Below are positions 10,211-18,336 of a DNA stretch of 64,000 nucleotides, in pieces (the first letter of the stretch is position 1; each line of letters starts with the position of its first letter). The stretch comes from an uncultured Gemmataceae bacterium (lineage in GTDB: Bacteria > Planctomycetota > Planctomycetia > Gemmatales > Gemmataceae). The stretch spans positions 269,557 to 333,556 of the forward strand of contig CAVVFU010000003.1 of NCBI GenBank assembly GCA_963747575.1, in the 5' to 3' direction. The notes below the pieces were generated by a model, which searched no databases, was not told the DNA's origin, and saw only the letters and a list, made by a program, of their open reading frames with translations. Position numbers and translations under genes: made by a program.

Positions 10211-10383
10211 CTCTCGTTCCCAAACTCCCGTTTGGGAACGATTGCTTTCCAAACTCCTGTTTGGCGACCTGCGAATGCGTATTCACCGTGGGGTCCACGA
10301 ATGAGCACTCTGGTCGGGTGGTGTGTCGGCAAACGGGAGTTTGCAAAACGGACGTTCCCAAACAGGAGTTTGGGAACGAGGGC
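10211..10383. repeat. composite BIME/MITE-like element: two REP units at each end in inverted orientation (~55-bp terminal inverted repeats) around a ~60-bp unique core
   Basis: Left CTCTCGTTCCCAAACTCCCGTTTGGGAACGA plus degenerate TTTCCAAACTCCTGTTTGGCGACC; right TCGGCAAACGGGAGTTTGCAAAACG plus CGTTCCCAAACAGGAGTTTGGGAACGAGGG (loop inverted: TCCTG vs CAGGA). Confidence 0.6.
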
Positions 10384-10389
10384 TGGTGT

Positions 10390-10628
10390 TCATTTCCTCA
10401 ATCGGCTTCCCACCGCATCCAGAACCCATTTCTCATCCGGAAACTTTCCGGTTTTGAGCTTGGAGTAAATCAGGTCGCCGTCGAGCGACAGCTCGAAACA
10501 ACCACCTCCGCCTGGCGTCAGCTTCAGGTCCTCGATTTTTTGCTTGTAAGTGCTGAGCAGCTTGGCCGTCAAACTGACAGCCTGGGGCTCGTAGTTTCAC
10601 ATCGAGCAGTATTTCAGTTCCACGTGCA
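10390..10628 (-). CDS. SelW/Rdx-family protein with in-frame TGA in the CxxU motif (candidate selenoprotein)
   Basis: Minus-strand reading from ATG 10628: MHVELKYCSM-TGA-NYEPQAVSLTAKLLSTYKQKIEDLKLTPGGGGCFELSLDGDLIYSKLKTGKFPDEKWVLDAVGSRLRK; TGA at 10596..10598 sits exactly where Rdx/SelW proteins have Cys/Sec (CxxU); hairpin GGCUGUCA-GUU-UGACGGCC starts ~14 nt after the UGA. Confidence 0.6.
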
Positions 10629-10804
10629 TGGCGGTTTCCTCGTTCGGTGTGCGGCAGGTCAGGCTGGAAGCCTGACCTGCTTGGATTGCTCTGTCCGTTC
10701 GCATTTACGGACCGTAGGGTGAAGGCTGGTCCAGTGGCATTCTATCATACCTGGCGGGCCCTGCAAGGACGCGGCCAGGGCCGGCGTTGCGTCCAGAGGA
10801 GGCG

Positions 10805-11252
10805 ATGAGCGAGGATTATCCACCCACCGTCATTGTTCGGCATTCCAGGGAGAATCCGCAAGTGCTCGATTTTGCCGTTGCGCGGCCGACCCGGCATCGT
10901 CATTCTCGGCTATCCGGTCAAGAAGATGCCGGACTTGACCAATTATGTGCGATTGGCCGCCGATGGGCCGGAGCTATCGCCGGCGGATGCTGCCAGCGGC
11001 CTGCTGCTGCTCGACGGCAGCTGGCGCTGGGCTGGCGCCATGACACGCCACTTCGAAAACGTGACGCCGCGCTCGCTGCACGGCTACCAGACGGCCTATC
11101 CGCGCGTCTCCAAGCAGGGAACCGACCCCGACAACGGCTTGGCGTCGGTCGAGGCGCTTTACGTCGCTTATCGCATTCTCGGCCGGCCGGTGGAGGGGTT
11201 GCTCGATCACTACCGATGGCGCGAGGAGTTCTTGCGCCAATGTCAGGCTTGA
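10805..11252 (+). CDS. DTW-domain protein (tRNA aminocarboxypropyltransferase-like), probable frameshift near 10860-10890
   Basis: LLLLDGSWRWAGAMTRHF = DTW-type DxSW motif, C-terminal LASVEALYVAYRILG; N-terminal VIVRHSRENPQ is in a different frame. Confidence 0.45.
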
Positions 11253-11378
11253 AAGCCCGACCTACGGTTGACAAATCCCACGGAATCCGTATCAATTCGT
11301 TTACGATCCAGCGATTGAACATGGATAAGTTCCTTTACGGTCATGGGCGGCCAATGCCATCCTGGGGGACCGTGCCTG

Positions 11379-12209
11379 ATGAGTGTGTCGAACAACGCTG
11401 AATGCCGAGGCGTCCTGTCTCGAGTTTACGCTCTTTATCGCGATTATTTTGATCTCGCCGAAAAAAAGCGGCGCTGGCGGCTCCGCGAGGACATTCCCTG
11501 GCATCAGTGCAACCCCGGCGTCACGCTCGCGCTCGCCGATGTCGTGCAGACTCTTTGCGGCATCGAAATGTATTTGCCCGATTACCTCGGCAAGCTTATC
11601 CCGCAGGTGCGCGCCAGCCGTGGCCTGACGTGGTTCCTGGCCACCTGGGGCTACGAGGAATCGAAACACTCCCTGGCCCTGGGCGATTGGCTGCTGCAAT
11701 CCGGCCAGCGCACCGAGGAAGAGATGGCCGACCTCGAGGCCTTTGTGTTTTCCAAGGCGTGGCGTCTGCCCAATGACAGCGCCCTGGGCATGCTTTGCCG
11801 CATGATGCTCCAGGAACGGACCGCCTGGCTGACGTACAAAAACCTGCGGACTCTCGTGGCCGGCACCGATCCCGCCCTGGATCGCACGCTTTACTTCCTG
11901 GGGATCGACGAATGCGCTCATTACGATTTTTGCCGCAGGCTCGCCCTGATTTACCTTGAAGATGACCGCGAGGAGACGCTGGAGCAGCTGCGAATGGCCT
12001 CCAGCGAATTTGCCATGCCGGCCCTGCGCCTGTTCGCGGACTCGGACCAGCGCGAACGGCAGCTCAAGGAATTGCGGCTGTTCGACGAGGATATTTTTTA
12101 CTTCCAGGTTTTCGAGCCGACGCTGGCCGATCTTGGCCTGACCAGGAAAGACCTTCGACAGCGTCAAGACAAGCGTGAAATCATGGCCGTGAGTTACTCG
12201 CCGACATGA
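11379..12209 (+). CDS. soluble acyl-ACP desaturase (plant-type diiron FA_desaturase_2 family)
   Basis: Motifs LPDYL, WGYEESKH (EExxH), LQERTAWLTYKN, LGIDECAHYDF (DExxH) match the stearoyl-ACP desaturase / DesA1-like pattern; 8 nt upstream of KS-like gene. Confidence 0.8.
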   Translation: MSVSNNAECRGVLSRVYALYRDYFDLAEKKRRWRLREDIPWHQCNPGVTLALADVVQTLCGIEMYLPDYLGKLIPQVRASRGLTWFLATWGYEESKHSLALGDWLLQSGQRTEEEMADLEAFVFSKAWRLPNDSALGMLCRMMLQERTAWLTYKNLRTLVAGTDPALDRTLYFLGIDECAHYDFCRRLALIYLEDDREETLEQLRMASSEFAMPALRLFADSDQRERQLKELRLFDEDIFYFQVFEPTLADLGLTRKDLRQRQDKREIMAVSYSPT

Positions 12210-12216
12210 GGCGACC

Positions 12217-13497
12217 ATGCATACTACCCAGCGACGCACTGTCATCACCGGTTGCGGAGTCGTGGCTCCGCCCGGCAGCGATTTGCCCGCATTCTGGGAC
12301 AGCTTGATCGCTCAGCGGAGCTGTGTCGCTCCCATTCAGGCCTACGACGTATCAACTCTTCCGGTGCGTTTCGGCGGCGAGGTCCGCGATTTCGACGCCA
12401 GGCTGTACATCGACAAGAAAGAGCGCAAACGGCTGGCGATCATGCCCCGGCCGCTGCAATTGGGAGCGGCCGCGGCGTTTTTGGCATTGCAGGACGCGGC
12501 GCTGGACAAAACCCAGCGCGATCCCGAGCGCTTTGGTGTGATCGTCGGCGGCGGCACCGTTCCGGCTGATCAGATCGGCCTCGCTCAGGCTGCCCAGCTC
12601 AGCACGGCCGGCCGGGGCAGGATCGACATGAAGAAATGGGGCTCGGTTGGCATTCCCACAGTGCCGCCGATGTGGATGCTTCATTTCGTGCCCAACATGC
12701 TCGCTTGCCATGTGTCGATCCTGCACGACGCGTGCGGGCCGGTGAACACGATGACGCAGACCGAGGCCGGCGGACTTTTGGCGCTGGGCGAAGCCTGTCG
12801 GATGATTCGCCGGGACAGGGCCGACGTCATTCTTGTGGGCGGGGGCGACAGCCGCATCAACGGCATCAGTGGCGTTCGCCAATGCTTGTTTGCACCGTTG
12901 TCGCGGCGCAACGAAAATCCGGCGGAAGCTTGCAAGCCTTTTGATCGCCGGCGCGATGGATCAGTCCTGGGCGAAGGCGGGGGATTCCTTGTTATCGAGG
13001 AACTGCAGCACGCGCGGCGGCGGGGCGCTCGGATTTGGGCAGAGGTCATTGGTTTTGGCGCGGGCCTCGATCCTGGCCGGAGCGGCGAAGGGCTAGGGCG
13101 GACAATTCGCCTGGCCATGACCGGCGCGAGCATCGCGGCTTCGGAGCTCGATCACGTCAACGCTCACGGACTCAGCACTCGCGAGGACGACGCCTGGGAA
13201 GCGCGCGGCTTGCGGCGCGGCGTCGGCGAGACAACATTGCCGGTCCCGGTCATGGCCGTCAAGAGTTATATGGGGAACCTTGGCAGCAGCAGCGGGTTGG
13301 TTGAGATGATGGCCAGTTTGCTCGCGCTTGACAAGGGCACCGTGCCGGGAACGCTCAATTACCGCCAGTACGATCCGGATTGTCCAGTCCATGTTCCGCG
13401 TGAGCCATGGGCGGCTGCCAAACGCTGTTTTTTGAAGGTCAGTTTGACCGAGTTGGGGCAGTGTGCGGCAGTGGTTTGCCGGCGGTGGGAGGGTTGA
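12217..13497 (+). CDS. beta-ketoacyl synthase-like protein lacking the catalytic Cys (chain-length-factor / KS-beta-like)
   Basis: Full KAS I/II fold, but at the active-site position GPVNTMTQTEAGGLLAL has Thr/Gln/Glu instead of TACxSG Cys; HGLST retained; KSxxGH is KSYMGNLG (His lost), as in type II PKS CLFs. Confidence 0.8.
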   Translation: MHTTQRRTVITGCGVVAPPGSDLPAFWDSLIAQRSCVAPIQAYDVSTLPVRFGGEVRDFDARLYIDKKERKRLAIMPRPLQLGAAAAFLALQDAALDKTQRDPERFGVIVGGGTVPADQIGLAQAAQLSTAGRGRIDMKKWGSVGIPTVPPMWMLHFVPNMLACHVSILHDACGPVNTMTQTEAGGLLALGEACRMIRRDRADVILVGGGDSRINGISGVRQCLFAPLSRRNENPAEACKPFDRRRDGSVLGEGGGFLVIEELQHARRRGARIWAEVIGFGAGLDPGRSGEGLGRTIRLAMTGASIAASELDHVNAHGLSTREDDAWEARGLRRGVGETTLPVPVMAVKSYMGNLGSSSGLVEMMASLLALDKGTVPGTLNYRQYDPDCPVHVPREPWAAAKRCFLKVSLTELGQCAAVVCRRWEG

Positions 13498-13504
13498 ACT
13501 CGGA

Positions 13505-13633
13505 GACGGCACATGGAGTGTGCCTACTGCGAAAAAAGACGGCACACGGAGTGTGCCTACTGCGAAAAAAGACGGCACACGGAGTGTGCCTACTGCGAAA
13601 AAAGACGGCACACGGAGTGTGCCTACTACTAAC
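13505..13633. repeat. tandem array of four 33-bp units GACGGCACACGGAGTGTGCCTACTGCGAAAAAA, each with a GGCACAC-GGA-GTGTGCC palindrome
   Basis: Direct tandem copies with no spacers, lying between KS-like stop (13497) and KAS start (13634); first unit has ACATGG variant, last unit truncated; related copies at 21276..21340, 27168..27182, 27905..27932. Confidence 0.8.
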
Positions 13634-14922
13634 ATGAATCGTCGCATCGTTATTACTGGGATGGGAGTTATTACGCCGCTGGGCGACAGCGTGGAAGGTC
13701 TGTTCGCGGCGCAGATCGCGGGGCGGAGCGGCGTCGGACCGATCACGCGCTTTGACGCCAGCACTTTTCCGACGACGTTTGCCGCCGAGGTGCGCAGATT
13801 TCGACCTGGCCCGCTACGTGCCGCGCTGCGAGCGCTGGCGTGACGCTGCCCTGAACAGCCAGTTCGCCGCCGCAGCCGCGCAGCTGGCACTGCGCCATGC
13901 CGGACTGCTTTTCGACACGCGCGTCGACCGCAACCGTTTCGGCGTCTACCTTGGGACCGGCGAGGCATTTACGAATTTTCATGGCCTGATGTCGATGCTG
14001 GTCGAAAGCTATCGCCCGCAAGAACAGGCCATAGACTATGCGGCTTTCGGCGCCGCGGGCCTCGAAATGCTCCAGGCAGGTTATGAGCTGGAGTTCGAGC
14101 TGCATCGCCCGGCCGGCCACCTCGGCGCTCACTTCGAATTGCGCGGCCCGAATGAAAGCTGCCTGACGGCATGCGCGGCCGGCAGCCAGGCGGTCGGCGA
14201 GGCCATGGAGCTGATCCGCGATGATGCCGCCGATATGATGCTGGCCGGCGGTTCGCACAGCATGGTTTATCCCCTGGGCGTTATGGGTTTCAACCTGCTG
14301 ACGGCGCTGTCGACCCGCAACGACGACCCGCAGCGCGCCTCGCGGCCGTTCGACCTGCACCGCGACGGCTTCGTCGTCGGCGAAGGCGCCGGCATGCTGG
14401 TGCTGGAGGAATTGGAGCATGCCCGACGGCGCGGCGCCGAGATTCACGCGGAGCTGACCGGTTATGGCACCAGTGCCGACGCCTATCGCATCACCGATTG
14501 CCATCCCGAAGGCCGCGGCGCCATCTCCTGCATGCGGGCAGCAATCGCCGACGCCGGCCTGGCGCCGGAGGACATCGGCTACATCAACGCCCACGGCACC
14601 AGCACCCAGGTCAACGACCGGGTCGAGACGCTGGCCATCAAGCAGGTTTTCGGCGACCATGCCGGCTAGGCTGCCGATCAGCAGCAGCAAGAGCATGCTG
14701 GGCCATCTGATCGCCGCGGCCGGCGCCGTGGAACTGATCATCAGCGTGCTGGCGATGCAGCGCGGCATTTTGCCGCCGACGATCAATTACGAAGAGCCCG
14801 ATCCCGCTTGCGATCTGGATTACATCCCCAACAAAGCTCGCGAGGCACGGGTGCGGCATGTGCTCAGCAACAGCTTCGGCTTTGGCGGGCAGAATGTGTC
14901 GCTGGTCGCATCGGGCATTTGA
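13634..14922 (+). CDS. beta-ketoacyl-ACP synthase (KAS II/FabF-like, intact Cys-His-His), reading frame broken twice (~13800 and ~14650)
   Basis: [17 protein letters not shown]; active site [14 protein letters not shown]; [13 protein letters not shown]; [15 protein letters not shown]; protein continuous only when ORFs 13463..13843, 13752..14669 and 14464..14922 are joined. Confidence 0.75.
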
Positions 14923-14949
14923 GTCGACGTGCGCCGTTTGGGAGCGGGT

Positions 14950-15030
14950 GTAGCGTAAGGAGAGGAGAAAGATCAAGAGTAGGACTAAGAGTAGGAAGAG
15001 GATTAGGAGGAAGATCAAGAGCAGGATGCG
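14950..15030. repeat. purine-rich (GA) low-complexity tract with short direct repeats (AAGATCAAGAG, TAAGAGTAGGA)
   Basis: aggagaggagaaagatcaagagtaggactaagagtaggaagaggattaggaggaagatcaagagcagg between convergent KAS and desaturase genes; locally lower GC. Confidence 0.4.
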
Positions 15031-15094
15031 TCGGACGTGAATCTGTCCTTCTCGTACTCTTACTCGTTTTCGGATTCGCACGGAGCGCAGGGCA

Positions 15095-15919
15095 TCACGT
15101 CGCCAGCGATTTCTTCACCTTCGGCCCGCGCAGCTCGCTTTTGGTGATACCCAGCACTTCCATGAAATGGGTATAGACATCCCGGAAGAAGATCTCCTCG
15201 TTGAAGATCTCCAGCTCGCGGATGCGGGCGATGCGTTTGGCGTTTTCGTCGAGCAAATCGTGAATGGCCGGCATCTGAAAATGGTTGAGCACGGGCCGCA
15301 TGGCAGCAATGGCGGCATCACGGTCCACTTCCATGAACAGCTCCATGAACGACTTGAACAGGCCGTAATGGGCGGCCTCGTCGACCGTCACCAGGTTCAG
15401 CAATTTCTCCAGAGCCGGGTCGCCGCCCTTGGCCTGAACGCGGGCGCGGAGATTGCGATAGTTCAGGAAGGTCGCATGCTCCTGCACCATGGCGTAGGCG
15501 AGCATGCCCAGGGAGCTGTCCTGCGGCAAGTTCCATTCGCGCTCGAAGACCTTCTCCTCCAGGTCGGCCATGTATTCCTCACTGCGATGGCCCGAACGCA
15601 GCAGCCAGTCGTTGAGCACCAGGGAATGCTTCGATTCCTCATAGCCCCAGTTGGCGTAAAACCACGACCGGCCTTTGCTGTTGCGAACCAGCGGCAGCAC
15701 CTTGGAGACATAATCGGGCAGATAAAGCTCGACGGCGCAAAAGGTCTCGACCACGTCGGCGATGGCGGGATCGAGATTGGGATTGCACTCGTTCCAGGGG
15801 ATGTCCTCGCTGATGCTCCAGCGTCGTTTCCGCTCGGCGGTGTCGAAGAAATCGCGGTAGAGCCGCCAAAGCTTGGCTTCGAGTTGTGGACTTTCGAGCG
15901 GTTCGAATCCTTGCATCAA
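15095..15919 (-). CDS. soluble acyl-ACP desaturase, paralog of 11379..12209
   Basis: Same motif set (LPDYV, WGYEESKH, VQEHATFLNYRN, VDEAAHYGLF); ~55% identity to the first copy; convergent with the KAS gene. Confidence 0.8.
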   Translation of the reverse strand: MMQGFEPLESPQLEAKLWRLYRDFFDTAERKRRWSISEDIPWNECNPNLDPAIADVVETFCAVELYLPDYVSKVLPLVRNSKGRSWFYANWGYEESKHSLVLNDWLLRSGHRSEEYMADLEEKVFEREWNLPQDSSLGMLAYAMVQEHATFLNYRNLRARVQAKGGDPALEKLLNLVTVDEAAHYGLFKSFMELFMEVDRDAAIAAMRPVLNHFQMPAIHDLLDENAKRIARIRELEIFNEEIFFRDVYTHFMEVLGITKSELRGPKVKKSLAT

Positions 15920-16303
15920 GGGATCCTAGCTGAGCCGGCAAGGCACGAAAACACGCGCACCGGCGGGGATTGCCGAACTAGGGGCTGGGTGGTAGGGATA
16001 TTATCGGTTTTTGAAATGATTTGGCAAGTGGTTGTGGGGCGGTAGTGGAGCAATCCTGCCAAATGGGTATTGAATAGGTATTCATCCCTTGGATCGGCGA
16101 TTTTTTCGCGTGCTGCTTCGTTTCCTGCTTTTGGCGGCGTTCTTCGCCTCGATTATTTTCCAGAAAGTTTCATGGGGAATACCTTCTCCCGCTCGAAACC
16201 GTTTCCGAGCTGCTTCCAGAATCGTTTGCAGCCTTGCCGACGGGCCCATGTGCTGGCGTTCCAGGAAGGTGTCATCGCACACCGCGAGTTACTCCGGTTT
16301 TGC

Positions 16304-16594
16304 TTAAAGCATCCGCCCGCGCTGACGGGCAAGTTTGGCGCACAACCCGTATTGCTCGACAAGATTCCAATCCAGGGGCCAGATTCGCAGGTCATTCATC
16401 AGGGCATTTAAGGTTCTCCTGTATTGGCCGGCATCTGTCAGATAAACGATCCCTTCTTCCAGTTCACACAGCACGGACCAGCAGGTGGCCAGACGAAATC
16501 CCTGCCGCTGGGCTTGGCGCAGCCGTTCGCGCAGGGGAGAGACGGCTCGGATGGCGTGGCTCAAATGGTTAGTGTCGAGCAGGTAGCCTCTCAT
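16304..16594 (-). CDS. PIN-domain toxin (VapC-like), short and possibly C-terminally truncated
   Basis: MRGYLLDTNHLSHAI..CWSVLCELEEG PIN signatures; start ATG overlaps antitoxin stop (ATGA at 16591..16594); only 97 aa versus ~130 typical. Confidence 0.6.
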   Translation of the reverse strand: MRGYLLDTNHLSHAIRAVSPLRERLRQAQRQGFRLATCWSVLCELEEGIVYLTDAGQYRRTLNALMNDLRIWPLDWNLVEQYGLCAKLARQRGRML

Positions 16595-16863
16595 TGATCC
16601 AGGCCAAGTTTCATTCGAGCCAATTCCTTCTCTCGCCGGCGAATTTGTTGGATTGCGGCGTCCAACCTGGCGTCGTCTTCCTGATTGCCTTGGCGAGCGA
16701 TGGCCTCCACTTCGTTCATCCAAGCATCGGCGGGATGAATGTCCTTGGCAAAGGCGGTATTGGCAGCCAGTTTTTCCACGGCGACCTCTGTTCCCTCTTC
16801 CCAATCCTCGGGCAGGGGATCGCGTGGCAAAAGCACTCCCTTGGTCACGATGGCTTTGATCAT
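16591..16863 (-). CDS. antitoxin (DUF104/AF2212-like, PIN-associated)
   Basis: MIKAIVTKGVLLPRDPLPEDWEEGTEVAV resembles the PIN-partner antitoxin family; translationally coupled to VapC. Confidence 0.6.
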   Translation of the reverse strand: MIKAIVTKGVLLPRDPLPEDWEEGTEVAVEKLAANTAFAKDIHPADAWMNEVEAIARQGNQEDDARLDAAIQQIRRREKELARMKLGLDQ

Positions 16864-16933
16864 GTCAGCCCCCTCTCCTGGATTGTGGCGAATCGTTGCT
16901 TGAATTTTAGCGTCCGGCAGGGGAAATAACAGG

Positions 16934-18299
16934 TCAATCGACCCTTTTCAACCTCTGCAAATCGACTGCCTCGCCGCCGCGGGGCGTGACCGCGCCCGCA
17001 ACAGGGCCGGATCGAGAATCCGGCGGGGTGAGCCGAACCGTGCCGTCGCAGAAAAGCAGGTTGGTGCCGACTTTTTGCACAGCGGCTTGGGCTTCGATGA
17101 ACCGCCATTGGCCTTCGATTTTTTGCAGGTGGATGTTGGCGTCGGCCGTGCGCTGGACCGCGGCGTCGACCTGGACCTGGCTTATCGCGCCTTGATCTGC
17201 CAAGCTGCGATACCGCGATGCTATTTCTTGCAAGTGCTCTAGGTCTGCGCGGGCAGTCTCAAGACGTGAAGTGGTTTCTATCAGGTTTACGGCCAACTGC
17301 GAATGCCAGTCTCGCTGCAGTTTATTCAGGGTGAGGCGGGCTGCGTCCGCGCGATAGGCGTCGGCGGCGGCCTGGGCCTGGTTCAATAGACCTTTGGCGA
17401 ACATGCGGGCTGACCAGGCTGCTCGGTCTTGCCAGTCGCGCAGGTCGGCGCGGGCAGGCTCAGACGCGCTGAGAAGTTTTTCAGTGCTTCGGCGAACTCG
17501 GGACTCGGCCTGTCGACGGCGGTCAAGGCAAAGTGCAAATCCGCCGGCTTCGTCCAGAACACGGGTTCGTTGGCCTCGACGACCAGGATAGTGCGATCTG
17601 GACCGTGGCGAATGGCGGCCAGGCGGGTCATTTTGGTACCTTCGAACAACATCTCCGGGCCCGTGAACACCTGGAAAAACGTCAGACCCGCGTCGATTTT
17701 GTCCGCGGCCGCGGGTGCGAAAATCGGCGGCATTTTGGCGATGAGCTTTTTGTTATGCGGGCTGTCCCACGGCTCGTCGAGCTTGAACTCCTTGAAAAGT
17801 TCTTCCTGGCCGATGAAAGGCAATAGAGCTACGCGCAGCTCAACAGTGGCGTGGTGCCGGCTTTGTCGTAGATCGCGTGCAGCGGCAAGGCGTCGTGGGC
17901 CAAATGGTATTTGTGCATCGCCCAGCCGATGTCGCGGAGTTTGTCGGCGTCGCGCTTCTGGGACACCTGTTTGGGCGTTTTCTCCTCGCCTGGCTGGTCG
18001 CGCTGGAGGATGTACCATTCCTTGGCGTCAGACTTGCCGGTGGGACGCTTGCCTTCAATGCCGACATAGATGGTTAACTTGTTGTCGCCGTCGAACTTGT
18101 AAATGCCTGGCCGCAGCTTGTCGGTTCCAGGCCAGCCCAAATCGATTTGTCCTGGCCCGACAAGTTTGTAGGTGGTTTCTTTTGGCCGATTAATTACCGT
18201 GATGGTCGCCTTTCCGCCTTTGGCAAACGTCATAGACCCTTCCTCGTCCATGCTTATGGCATCAAGGACATGGCTATTACCTTCGATAATGTCCTCCAA
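16934..18299 (-). CDS. planctomycete-type DUF1559 (H-X9-DG) protein with N-terminal TIGR03067-like domain, fragmented over three frames
   Basis: TIGR03067-like GIYKFDGDNKLTIYVG..RPTG; DUF1559 motifs LRDIGWAMHKYH, ALLPFIGQEELFKEFKLDEPWDSPHNK, NLLFCDGTVR (DG box) each in a different ORF; no prepilin-like N-helix found. Confidence 0.35.
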
Positions 18300-18336
18300 C
18301 TCGAGCAGTTTTGCGCTTATTTTTTGCTTAGTCGCT

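Noticed and set aside
11301-12248. 315-aa minus-strand ORF
   Set aside because: Antisense to the acyl-ACP desaturase gene, which has clear diiron motifs; no recognisable domains.
13505-13633. Possible CRISPR array
   Set aside because: Repeats are directly adjacent with no spacers, only four copies, and no cas genes in the window; it is a minisatellite/REP array.
15895-15915. GGTTCGAATCC (tRNA T-loop-like motif)
   Set aside because: Inside the desaturase coding sequence; no flanking acceptor/T-stem complementarity or anticodon arm. Chance match.
15167-16045. 292-aa plus-strand ORF
   Set aside because: Antisense to the second desaturase gene.
16070-16411. Small ORFs between the desaturase promoter region and VapC
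   Set aside because: Mutually overlapping in several frames, no conserved motifs; attempted to read them as a frameshifted PIN C-terminus but no D..IAA/T.N..F signature was found.
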